This document shows, piece by piece, positions 51,724 through 61,407 of a DNA stretch of 64,000 bases (the first letter of the stretch is position 1; every line of letters begins with the position of its first letter). Location: positions 1-64,000 of the forward strand of contig JBHLNT010000006.1 of NCBI GenBank assembly GCA_048941265.1, given 5' to 3'. The DNA comes from Promethearchaeota archaeon (GTDB taxonomy: Archaea; Asgardarchaeota; Lokiarchaeia; Sigyniarchaeales; SOKP01). Made by a program: the position numbers and the translations under genes. The notes under the pieces are model-generated. The model made no database searches. It saw only the letters and a list, made by a program, of their open reading frames with translations, and was not told the DNA's origin.

Positions 51724-52086
51724 CTATGTGATATTTTTAATAGCTTCTGCTGTTTTTCTAAGCTCTATAAATGCTGTATCCATGCGTGCATCGACATCTA
51801 AACAAACAGCAACTATTAGCTCTTCATTACAGGCCATAACAATGAAATTCCCCTGATTTCCTTGAAGTATACATAAATCCAGAACTCCAGATCTTAATTC
51901 AAGGAGAACCCGCTCTGCAACACTCAATATAGTAGCTGTCATTGCTGCTAATTTGATATCGGATATTCCCTCTTCTAAAATTGACTGAACGATGAGTCCT
52001 TCAGCAGAAACTACTGCAGAAGATTTAATACCATCGATATTTTCATGTAAGGTCTGAAGCAAGAAAAGGAGTTGTTCGTCACTCAT
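51724..52086 (-). CDS. Roadblock/LC7 domain protein
   Basis: GIKSSAVVSAEGLIVQS...LAAMTATILSVAER...G.L classic roadblock/MglB pattern. Confidence 0.9.
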   Translation of the reverse strand: MSDEQLLFLLQTLHENIDGIKSSAVVSAEGLIVQSILEEGISDIKLAAMTATILSVAERVLLELRSGVLDLCILQGNQGNFIVMACNEELIVAVCLDVDARMDTAFIELRKTAEAIKNIT

Positions 52087-52267
52087 CTGTTGAAATAAGT
52101 TTGTAAATTAAGTTAATTAATTATTTATAAAATTATAATATTATTCTAATTTTAATGTTTTTATTTGGAAATTTTCATATCTTAACATTTATATTAATAA
52201 TAAAAAGAAACATTATAAAAATATAGCTAAATCGAAAAAAAAGATATCTTCTAATTGTGAGATTCGT

Positions 52268-53512
52268 ATGAGTTTAGAAATAAAATGTGAATATTATCCA
52301 AGGATTCCTCATGAAATTCTTGAAAATGGGTTACAATTAGTTAAAAAAAATAAAGAAAAATGGGATGAACCCTTTTTTACTGATCTAAATGCTTACTTGA
52401 ATTTAGAGCAGATAAAGCGAGTTTCAGATCAATTTTTAACCAAAAAATTGAAAAATATTATTGTTTTAGGAACAGGGGGATCAATACAAACATTATTGGC
52501 ACTGAGGCATTTATCCCAGAGAATTATTCATCCAATTACAAATTCACGGGCGGTAGAACTAAAAAAATGTTTAGATAATACAAATGTAGAAGATTCTATA
52601 GTTATCCCAATATCAAGAGAGGGCGAAACTTTAGATGTTAACTCTATTATCGGAACATTTGTAAAAAAAGGTTATAAATTTTTGGGATTATCTTCTAAAG
52701 GAACCATGAATGAGATTTTAAAAAAATTGGATTGCATAATTATGGATGTTCCTGATCTTTCTGGACGATTCGCGGGTTCCATGTCAAATGTTGGAATGGT
52801 TCCAGCATATTTATCTGGAATTAAAATAGAAGAGTTTTTAAATGGATTGGACCAAGGTTATAAGATTTTTATGAATTTTGATATTAATCCCGCATTGGAA
52901 TTTTCGATTTTTCTTTATGAACTATATAAACAAGGATATAAAATAGTTTTTTCTATGCCTTACTCTTTAAATCTTGAGGGTAGCGTTGGATTATTTGTAC
53001 AAGAAATTTCAGAAAGTTCTGGGAAGGAAGGAAAAGGTTTAATGGGAGCTTATCAATCCGCACCGATATGTCAGCATTCTGTTTTGGAATACTTGTTGGG
53101 AGGAACTAAAGGTGCAGTTATACCTTTTCTATGGACTCTCGAAAATGAAAATCCAGACTTAAGACTTGAGTCATCAATTGAATATATAAATGGACAATAT
53201 GCTCAAAACATCATAAATTATCAAGCAGAAGCTACTTTTCAGGCATTACTTGAGCAAGGAGTTCCATCTGCGAAAATTTTGATCAATAATCCGAGAGAGA
53301 CAAATATTGGACAATTAATCTCATTTATTCAGTCAACAATCTATTACCTATGTTTGTTATTAGATGTGAATTGGTCTTCTAATCCAAAAGTTGTCATTGG
53401 AAAGGAGATTTGTAATGAGGCTTTAAAGAATAAAGCTTCAGTGGAACAAAGAATTAGAACACGAGAAAAAGTAGCAGATTGGGAGTTTAAAGATTTTTTT
53501 AATAAAAAATAA
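52268..53512 (+). CDS. Glucose-6-phosphate isomerase-like SIS-domain protein
   Basis: VLGTGGS, ISREGETL, SGRF, Q..SESSGK.GKG, QHS, P.V..GK. Confidence 0.75.
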   Translation: MSLEIKCEYYPRIPHEILENGLQLVKKNKEKWDEPFFTDLNAYLNLEQIKRVSDQFLTKKLKNIIVLGTGGSIQTLLALRHLSQRIIHPITNSRAVELKKCLDNTNVEDSIVIPISREGETLDVNSIIGTFVKKGYKFLGLSSKGTMNEILKKLDCIIMDVPDLSGRFAGSMSNVGMVPAYLSGIKIEEFLNGLDQGYKIFMNFDINPALEFSIFLYELYKQGYKIVFSMPYSLNLEGSVGLFVQEISESSGKEGKGLMGAYQSAPICQHSVLEYLLGGTKGAVIPFLWTLENENPDLRLESSIEYINGQYAQNIINYQAEATFQALLEQGVPSAKILINNPRETNIGQLISFIQSTIYYLCLLLDVNWSSNPKVVIGKEICNEALKNKASVEQRIRTREKVADWEFKDFFNKK

Positions 53513-54958
53513 CTAATCTTGATTTATGAACGCGTCATATAAAACATTGACTGCATTCATACAATCCTTTCTTTCAATAATAATGGTTATATTTAACTCA
53601 GAAGATCCTTGAGCGATAGCTCTTACATTAATATTATTGTTACCAAGAGTAGTAAATACTTTTCCCGCGATACCTGGTGTGTGAAGCATACCAGCTCCAA
53701 TTACAGCAATCAAGGAAATTTCATGGTCAATTTTTATGTTAAACCATTGTTTTCCGAATAAATCTGAATTTCTCAATAAAAAACTTACATTCATAGCATC
53801 TTCGATATCGATTCCAAAAGTTATATTATTTTCTGAAGAACTCTGAGATATAAATCTGATTGTAATGTTATTATCACCTAGTAATGAAAATAATTTAGAA
53901 ACTGTCCCAGGAAGGGATATCATCGTGCCACTTTCGATGGTTACCATAGAAAGTCTTTCTATTGATGTTATAGCTTTAATTATTTTTTCATCTTTAATTA
54001 CTTCTTTTGTAATAGTTGTAAATTCCTCCGATTCAGGATTTTTGAAAGGTCTAATTTCCGATGGAATACTTCCTTTTTCATTTACATCGAGACAAACTGG
54101 ATGAAGTACTTTAGAGCCAAAAAAAGCAAGTTCTTTGGCTTCTACATATGAAATATTTTTTAATAAAGCTGTTTTTTTTGATATTCTAGGGTCAGCATTT
54201 AAAAATCCATTGACATCTTTCCAATATATCACTTTGGTATTAAATTTGGGCTTTAAACAATATGCTACAATTGCAGCAGTTAAATCTGTCCCACCTCTCC
54301 CTAGTGTAGTAATTTTTTTATCCTTCGTTGAACCATAAAATCCAGTTATACAGATTAAATCCACCTTTTCGGATTGTAGAATAGGAATTACATTTGTATT
54401 AAATGATTCTTCAGTCTCATCTAATAAAGGAAGTGCTCTTCCAAAATTATCATCTGTTATAATTACTTCATCAGAGGAGATAAATTGAGATTGTATACCT
54501 ATATCTTGAGAATTTATATATTGGGAAATGATAAAAGTGCTTAATTTTTCTCCATAAGATACAATAATATCTTGAATATCCATACTTGGCCTAAGTAATC
54601 TCACAATTCTCCCTAATTGGCTCAATTCTTCAATATTTTCATCTAAAAAATTCAAAGTATCATTATATTCGGGTTTATTTTCATTAAAGATCTCATCTAT
54701 TAGGTTCTTATGAATATTGTAAATATTTTCAATTATATAATCACATTCAGAAGCTTCTTCACAGGATTTTTTATAGAAATCTATAAGTTTATCGGTTATA
54801 CCTTTTAGAGCAGAGGTAACAACTACGAGCTTATAATTTTTGTTAGAATTTTTAATTATATTAGTTAATTGATTGAATGACTCAGCATTCTGGAGGCATG
54901 AGCCCCCAAATTTCATTACAATTAAATTTTCCTTATTTTTAATCAAGTTCATCATCAA
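53513..54958 (-). CDS. lysC: Aspartate kinase with two ACT domains
   Basis: MKFGGS, VVTSA, TTLGRGGTD, WKDV.G...ADPR, ELA.FG.KVLHP, QGSSE. Confidence 0.93.
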   Translation of the reverse strand: MMMNLIKNKENLIVMKFGGSCLQNAESFNQLTNIIKNSNKNYKLVVVTSALKGITDKLIDFYKKSCEEASECDYIIENIYNIHKNLIDEIFNENKPEYNDTLNFLDENIEELSQLGRIVRLLRPSMDIQDIIVSYGEKLSTFIISQYINSQDIGIQSQFISSDEVIITDDNFGRALPLLDETEESFNTNVIPILQSEKVDLICITGFYGSTKDKKITTLGRGGTDLTAAIVAYCLKPKFNTKVIYWKDVNGFLNADPRISKKTALLKNISYVEAKELAFFGSKVLHPVCLDVNEKGSIPSEIRPFKNPESEEFTTITKEVIKDEKIIKAITSIERLSMVTIESGTMISLPGTVSKLFSLLGDNNITIRFISQSSSENNITFGIDIEDAMNVSFLLRNSDLFGKQWFNIKIDHEISLIAVIGAGMLHTPGIAGKVFTTLGNNNINVRAIAQGSSELNITIIIERKDCMNAVNVLYDAFINQD

Positions 54959-55248
54959 ATTAATTTTTCTAACATTCTCTAAAAATTATTATTCATTAAA
55001 ATTAATAGATTTTATCCTATGTATTTATTAGATTTATAAATGCCTATTCTCTTTGCTTTTTTTATAATAATAAAATGTTTTTTTAAAAAATCGAGCGAAA
55101 CTTAAACTTAAATGTATAATTAGAATATTATATTATTCGATATATTATTAAATATAAAATAAAAATTGAATTATTGTTTGGATTTTAAACGATAAAACAA
55201 TTTTGATTCTACTGATAGTATTTCACCTTTAAAAAGGAGTTTTTTATT

Positions 55249-55968
55249 TTGTTTGATGGAAATCGGATAATCTGCATAGCTCCCTGCTATAACGAATTGA
55301 ATAAGATTGATAAAGTAGTGGCAAAAATTGATAAATCCGTTGTTGATGAAATTCTTGTAGTAGACGATGGATCGACGGATGGGTCGCCAGAAACGGCAAA
55401 AAAAAAGGGGGCAAGGGTGATTAGTCTTAATAAAAGAAATGGAGTAGGGTTTACGATCCGTGAGGGTATTGAATATGCAATAAAAAAAAAGTTCGATATA
55501 ATCGTAATTATCGCCGGTAATAATAAGGACGATCCAAATGAGATTGTGAGACTATTAAAACCAATTACAAAAAATGGATATGATTTTGTTCAAGGTTCAC
55601 GGTTTAAAAAAGGTGGATACTATGGAAATATGCCATTATATAGATTATTAGCCACAAAAATTCATCCTTTACTCTTTTCACTTATCTCCAGAAAGTATGT
55701 AACTGAAAGCACTAATGGTTTTCGGGCGTTTAAAACTTCAATTTTTTTAAATAGAAATCTTAATATTTGGCAAAAATGGCTCGATAAATATGAATTGGAA
55801 CCTTACTTATACTATAAAGTAATTAAGCTAGGATATAAAACAAAGGAAGTACCTGTTACTAAAATATATCCCACTAAAGAATTAGGTTATACGAAAATGA
55901 ACGCTTTCTCTGGTTGGTGGAGCATTTTTCGACCTTTATTCTTACTTGCGTTTAAAATACGAAAATAG
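55249..55968 (+). CDS. Glycosyltransferase family 2 (Dol-P-Man synthase-like)
   Basis: PCYNE, VVDDGSTDGS, N.G.G, GSRF, GFRAF. Confidence 0.88.
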   Translation: MFDGNRIICIAPCYNELNKIDKVVAKIDKSVVDEILVVDDGSTDGSPETAKKKGARVISLNKRNGVGFTIREGIEYAIKKKFDIIVIIAGNNKDDPNEIVRLLKPITKNGYDFVQGSRFKKGGYYGNMPLYRLLATKIHPLLFSLISRKYVTESTNGFRAFKTSIFLNRNLNIWQKWLDKYELEPYLYYKVIKLGYKTKEVPVTKIYPTKELGYTKMNAFSGWWSIFRPLFLLAFKIRK

Positions 55969-55984
55969 CGCTCAAAAAAAACTA

Positions 55985-57025
55985 TTAATGAACAAATAGA
56001 ATAAAGATGTATGCTAAAAAGACTCCGAATATTGATAAAATATACGTTAATACGTGATTGTCTACTATAAATTCTTTTTTTTTATTAAATATATTTAAAT
56101 TAAAAGTATAAATTTCTTTTTCTTTTAAAATACCATAATAAATTAAGGTTTGAAACCATCTCAAAAAAGGGTAACTAAAAATCATGAATGAAGCAGTAGC
56201 CATAATAGAAATAATCGAAATTTCGAAAGAATCTGCATTTTTCAGTCTTAAAAAGGTATATACTAAAAATATGCTGCAAATGGGGATTAATCTTAAATAT
56301 AATGGTAAAGAATTAATAGAAGACCACCGAAATATCTCCCGATAAAACCATTCAAAGTATAGTAATGGAAAAACTAAAAAAACTATTAATAGAGGGATTA
56401 TACAGATTAAAAAAATTTTCAATTCTCTCCAATTCTTTTCATATATATATTTTACAAAAAAAAATCCAGAAGCAGGTAAGGTATAGTATTTTATACACAT
56501 TGATAAACCCAAGAATATATAAAACAAGTATTTCGCATACAATTCCTTTTTGGGATAGAAAATAAATGCCATTAATAAAAAGAATAAAAAAAAAGCATCT
56601 GTAATATGGTAACCGCAATTTTCTAGGCTAAATGAATTGGTTAAAAAATAGAAAGGATTGATTAAAAATAGACCAAAAACATAATTTTTATTTTTAATTT
56701 GAAAATTTTTTAAAACAAAGTAAATCATCAAAGATGTTATCAAATCCCAAAAAAAGCCCCAGAATATAAAAATTTCAATTTTCCCAAAGGAAAGGAACCT
56801 AAAAATCTCTAATAAAATAATTGTCAATGGTGGACTTGTTAAATTAGCTTTATAATAATTCCCAATATCGCCCCATGACTTTTGAGGATCCACTGAATGA
56901 GTATAATAATAATAAATTAGCATGAATATTCTGGCTGTTATCCCAGCCATGATAAAAAGATTAGCTTTAATTTTCAAGGTATTATAAGTTTTATTTTTTT
57001 TTTCAATACTATTTTCGTTGTTCAT
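55985..57025 (-). CDS. Polytopic membrane protein, possible GT-C-fold glycosyltransferase
   Basis: Multiple TM helices; D after TM1, 'PPL', 'LFLINP', 'D.FFLFF', 'GLSMCIKYY' pattern seen in GT87/PIG-M-like proteins. Confidence 0.55.
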   Translation of the reverse strand: MNNENSIEKKNKTYNTLKIKANLFIMAGITARIFMLIYYYYTHSVDPQKSWGDIGNYYKANLTSPPLTIILLEIFRFLSFGKIEIFIFWGFFWDLITSLMIYFVLKNFQIKNKNYVFGLFLINPFYFLTNSFSLENCGYHITDAFFLFFLLMAFIFYPKKELYAKYLFYIFLGLSMCIKYYTLPASGFFFVKYIYEKNWRELKIFLICIIPLLIVFLVFPLLYFEWFYREIFRWSSINSLPLYLRLIPICSIFLVYTFLRLKNADSFEISIISIMATASFMIFSYPFLRWFQTLIYYGILKEKEIYTFNLNIFNKKKEFIVDNHVLTYILSIFGVFLAYIFILFVH

Positions 57026-57081
57026 TCCAATTTCCTAATTAATTTAATAAATTATTTATGAGTTAGAATTTATTTAGATAA

Positions 57082-58128
57082 TTATAATTTTATATCCCGT
57101 GTTTCTTTTAATTTGAAATTGTAGTGAAAAATTGAATATCCCCCATAAAACAGAATATATGCGCTCCTAAATAAATGATCAATAATAAATATAGCTAATA
57201 TTTCTATAAATGGAATTTGAGGATAAAAAACAAATATAAACAGAGCTCCAATGTTTTCTGAAATTCCCCACCCTCCAGGAGTTATCGGAAAAGTTTTGCT
57301 AAAAAAAACGAGTATCACTGCTAAAAGCAAAACAATTATATTTATTTTATAACCTAAATAATAAAAAAAAATAACAATTATAAGTGCATCAATTAGCCAC
57401 GTAATAAATCCCAATAATAAAACATATATAAGTTCTTTTTGATTTTTTTTGAATGTTTTCATACCATCTTTAAAATTATAAATAAATTTACCTAATAGAT
57501 CAGCTAATTTAATCCAGAACTTTCCAATGATTTTTAATAATACATCTGTTTTAGAAATTAATAAAAATAAGACCATTAAAATTGTTGTAATAATAATTGC
57601 TCCTAATGCCAGATATAGTTGTAAATTCTGACCTAATATAATCATAGCTGAATTCTCATTGTATGAATTAATGTATAAGTAAAAAAATGCTAAGCAGCTT
57701 ATAATAAACAATAATACTAAATCCAAAACTCTTTCAATTGTAATTCCGCATACAGATTCACTTAAATGTAATTTTTCTTGATCTCTTATAACTACTATTT
57801 TTGCTAATTCACCAAATTTTCCAGGAGTTATATCATTTACAATGAAGCAAATCCCAGTAGTAAAATACGCAGTTTGAAACATAATCTTGTGTTTCAAACC
57901 TTTAAAAATTAATTTTAATTTGGCAGATCTAAATAAAAATGCTGACGTGTATGCTATAATAAATAATAAAGTTCCATTAATCCCAATTAGGCTAATTTTT
58001 AAAAGTAAACTACGAAAGTCCACAATCAAAATCATAAATACTATTACGATAATTGTAAAAAAAAAAACAAGAATTCTATTTCTTTTTTCCAACCAAAGTT
58101 TCAATTTATTATTTTTTATCATATTCAT
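57082..58128 (-). CDS. Lysylphosphatidylglycerol-synthase TM / flippase-like protein (UPF0104)
   Basis: N.ITPGKFGE, ERVLD, P.TPGG.G..E motifs. Confidence 0.85.
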   Translation of the reverse strand: MNMIKNNKLKLWLEKRNRILVFFFTIIVIVFMILIVDFRSLLLKISLIGINGTLLFIIAYTSAFLFRSAKLKLIFKGLKHKIMFQTAYFTTGICFIVNDITPGKFGELAKIVVIRDQEKLHLSESVCGITIERVLDLVLLFIISCLAFFYLYINSYNENSAMIILGQNLQLYLALGAIIITTILMVLFLLISKTDVLLKIIGKFWIKLADLLGKFIYNFKDGMKTFKKNQKELIYVLLLGFITWLIDALIIVIFFYYLGYKINIIVLLLAVILVFFSKTFPITPGGWGISENIGALFIFVFYPQIPFIEILAIFIIDHLFRSAYILFYGGYSIFHYNFKLKETRDIKL

Positions 58129-58423
58129 GATTTAAAGTTCAAAATTTTTGCTATATCTTAAATTTTTTTTAGAATTTTTTAATTTAAAAAAAATCTATAT
58201 TTATACTTTCATATTATAACGGAGATAACCCTAAATATTTAATTTAAGGTAAATTTAATATTAAAATATTTAATAGAAAAAAAAAAAAATCTTAATATCG
58301 ATTGCAGAATTTGCCAGAGTATTTTTTAAATATATTTTATAACGTTAACCATAATATTTATACTATTAAACATTGAGTTATTTATTAAGGGTATAGAAAA
58401 AATTTTCAGAATTGGGTTAATTA

Positions 58424-58861
58424 TTGACAGTTAAAGATTGTATACTTGGCGAGAATGTAAATATTATTGAACCAGTCAATTTATATGGCTGTGTTTTAGG
58501 AGATAATTGTTTCATAGGTCCATTCGTAGAAATTCAAAAAAATGTTATAATTGGGAATAACACTCGAATACAGAGTCATTCTTTTGTATGCGAAGGGGTA
58601 GAAATTGGAAATAAGTGTTTTATTAGTCACGGAACAATTTTCACGAATGATAAATTTGATTCCCCAAAAATTAAAACATGGATAATGAGAAAGACAATAA
58701 TAGGTGATAATGTCCGGATCGGTTCAAATACTACTATATTACCTGTCAAAATTGGAGATAACTCAATTATAGGAGCCGGCGCAGTTGTTACAAAAGATAT
58801 TCCCGCTAATTGTATTGTAGCTGGTAATCCAGCAAGGATATTAAGAAAATTAGATCTATAA
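58424..58861 (+). CDS. Hexapeptide-repeat sugar N-acetyltransferase (WbpD-like)
   Basis: Hexapeptide repeats, FTND, GAGAVVTKD, AGNPAR. Confidence 0.88.
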   Translation: MTVKDCILGENVNIIEPVNLYGCVLGDNCFIGPFVEIQKNVIIGNNTRIQSHSFVCEGVEIGNKCFISHGTIFTNDKFDSPKIKTWIMRKTIIGDNVRIGSNTTILPVKIGDNSIIGAGAVVTKDIPANCIVAGNPARILRKLDL

Positions 58862-58862
58862 A

Positions 58863-59753
58863 ATGAGAGTTGCAATAATAGGATTGGGCTATTGGGGTAA
58901 TATTATCCTAAGAAATTTAGAGAATTTAGGAATCGAGGATATTATAATCTGTGATAGCTCTATTAAAAATACGAGAGAATATCAGAGATATCCCACAGTT
59001 AACAAATATCAGGATTTAGATTGCGATTCTGTATTCATAATAACCCCAACATCAACTCATTATGAAATAAGCAAGCATTTTCTTGAGAGAGAAGTCAATA
59101 CTTTCTGTGAAAAACCTCTAACTACCTCATCTTTGGAGGCAGAAAAGTTATATAAAATCGCTTTTGAAAAAAGAGTGATTTTGTTTACAAATTGGATTTT
59201 TACGTTCAATTCACATATTGAAACAATAAAAAGAGATTATGAAAGTAGAAAATTAGGAAAAATTAATAGTATTTTCATGAACAGACTAAATTTAGGGCCA
59301 GAAAGACACGATGTTAATGCACGATGGGACTTAGCTTCTCATGATGTTTCAATAATTCAATATCTTTTCTCAGAAATACCAAAAAACGTAAGATGGACTG
59401 ATTATAAAAGGGACAATAATTCAGATCAAGAAGATAGCTCTTTAGGACTATTAGAGTACAATGATTTTGTAGCCAGTATTAATGTTAGTTGGCATTACAG
59501 AAAAAAAGTTAGAGAATGTGTTTTTGAATTTGATAAATTTTTCGTAGTTTGGGATGATTATAAAAGAGTATTAGAATATGAGAATTCTCAAAATTTAAGT
59601 TATCCTATTTATTCAGGTAATCTGAGTTATCCCTGTGCTTATTATCAAGAACCATTAAAAAATGCTATAAAATCATTTTTCTCTTTTTCTATTGAAGATA
59701 TGAAGCTACAAAAAAAATTGACGATAGATACCATAAATATTTTGGAGAAATAA
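58863..59753 (+). CDS. Gfo/Idh/MocA-family oxidoreductase
   Basis: GLGYWG, TP...H, CEKP, DLASHD. Confidence 0.88.
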   Translation: MRVAIIGLGYWGNIILRNLENLGIEDIIICDSSIKNTREYQRYPTVNKYQDLDCDSVFIITPTSTHYEISKHFLEREVNTFCEKPLTTSSLEAEKLYKIAFEKRVILFTNWIFTFNSHIETIKRDYESRKLGKINSIFMNRLNLGPERHDVNARWDLASHDVSIIQYLFSEIPKNVRWTDYKRDNNSDQEDSSLGLLEYNDFVASINVSWHYRKKVRECVFEFDKFFVVWDDYKRVLEYENSQNLSYPIYSGNLSYPCAYYQEPLKNAIKSFFSFSIEDMKLQKKLTIDTINILEK

Positions 59754-59757
59754 TATA

Positions 59758-60888
59758 ATGAAAATAATGTTTAATGATTTATCAAAGCAATGGAGCATCA
59801 TAAAGGAAAATACTATGCCAAAACTACAATCTCTTTTCGAAAATTCTAATTACATTGGTGGTAGAGCCATTAAAGAATTCGAAGATAATTTTGCAGCTTA
59901 TTGTGGCACTGAATATGCAATAGGTGTTTCCAACGGAACAGATGCATTAAAATTATGCTTAGCAGCATTTCAATTAGAATCTCCTTGCGGCATTTTAATT
60001 CCTGCTAATACCTTTATTGCCACTGCATTAGCTGTTACTTACGTACCTGACTTGAATTATGAAATGATATTAGTGGATTGCGATAATTATTATCAAATTG
60101 ATGTAAAGTTATTAGAGTCATATTTAACAAAAAATAGGAAAAATTGGAAGACATGTGTTATAATTCCAGTTCATTTGTACGGTCATCCATCAGATATGAA
60201 AAGTATACTTCAAATTGCAGAGAAATTCAATTGTTACATTTTAGAAGATTCGTCACAGGCCCATGGAGCAATGGTAATAAATAATAAAGTGGGAAGTCTA
60301 GGAGATATTTCAGCATTTTCCCTATATCCAGGTAAAAATTTAGGAGCTGCTGGAGATGCTGGTATTATAACAACAAATAGTGAAGTCTTAAATAATCGAT
60401 TATTATCTTTAAGAAATTATGGTTCTAGTAAAAAATATTATTATGATATGAAAGGTTGGAATAATAGGTTAGATACGATCCAAGCAATTATTTTAAACGA
60501 AAAATTAAAACATTTAGATAAATGGAATGATATGAGGATTAAAGTTGCGAAAAGATATGATGAATTATTCGAAAATAATGAGCAAGTTATTACCCCCAAG
60601 ACGGCGCCTTACATTAATAAACAAGTTTATCACATTTATGCTATTCGAATAAAACAAAGAGAAGATTTTCAAAAATATTTACTTAAAAACAATATACCCA
60701 CAATAATTCATTATCCTATTCCTATTCAAAAAACTAATCCATTTAAACATCTTGATATTTTTGATAATGAAAAAACCTTAAAATTTTCTAATGAATTAAT
60801 TAGTCTACCAATGCATCCTTTCTTAAGGGAAGAAGAAATTAATTACATCACTCAAAAAATAAACGATTATTTTAAAAGGCAATTGTGA
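59758..60888 (+). CDS. DegT/DnrJ/EryC1/StrS sugar aminotransferase
   Basis: NGTDAL, PVHLYG, EDSSQAHGA, S.YPGKNLGA.GDAG, N.RLD.IQA. Confidence 0.92.
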   Translation: MKIMFNDLSKQWSIIKENTMPKLQSLFENSNYIGGRAIKEFEDNFAAYCGTEYAIGVSNGTDALKLCLAAFQLESPCGILIPANTFIATALAVTYVPDLNYEMILVDCDNYYQIDVKLLESYLTKNRKNWKTCVIIPVHLYGHPSDMKSILQIAEKFNCYILEDSSQAHGAMVINNKVGSLGDISAFSLYPGKNLGAAGDAGIITTNSEVLNNRLLSLRNYGSSKKYYYDMKGWNNRLDTIQAIILNEKLKHLDKWNDMRIKVAKRYDELFENNEQVITPKTAPYINKQVYHIYAIRIKQREDFQKYLLKNNIPTIIHYPIPIQKTNPFKHLDIFDNEKTLKFSNELISLPMHPFLREEEINYITQKINDYFKRQL

Positions 60889-60949
60889 TGTTATCATCTC
60901 AACTTTAAATTTAAAAGTTTAGAAAAAGTTAATAAAAAAAAATAATATA

Positions 60950-61370
60950 TTGAAGAGAGTAGAATTATTAGCACCTGCAAGAAATTTTAAAGCAATTAAA
61001 GGGGCATCAAATTACGCAGATTCTATCTATTTCAGAATAAAAAAATTTAATATGAGATCTTATACAGAAAATTTTAATTTAGGAGAACTCATAAAAGTTG
61101 TATATTATTGCAAAAAAAAGAATTAAAGACTTATTTAACAACAAACATCTTATGATACGACAATGAACTTACTGAGAATCGTACGATTATTGAGGAGGCA
61201 AAAAATTCAGGGATTGATGCTAAAATCCTTCATGATCTAGCATCTCGGGGAACAAAACTAATAGTATTATTATAGAATTGGAGATTGAAGATTTTGTTAT
61301 TGGTGATGGAAAGGATAAATTATATATCTTCACAGATAAAACTTACAAGAAAAACTCTTATTCATTATAA
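60950..61370 (+). pseudogene. Decayed peptidase U32-family gene
   Basis: TTG-KRVELLAPARNFKAIKGASNYADSIYFRIKKFNMR..., then a frameshift/stop, then KTYLTTNIL*YDNEL...SGIDAKILHDLA; most of the middle appears deleted; end coordinate approximate. Confidence 0.7.
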
Positions 61371-61407
61371 AAATCAATTAATTAAATTCAAATAAGAAAA
61401 AAAAATA

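Noticed and set aside
3552-58875. Numerous 60-126 aa ORFs antisense or out of frame within longer genes (e.g. 3552, 4210, 5620, 17900, 31637, 35005, 38070, 48427, 58627)
   Set aside because: Shadow ORFs overlapping well-supported genes, with no recognisable motifs
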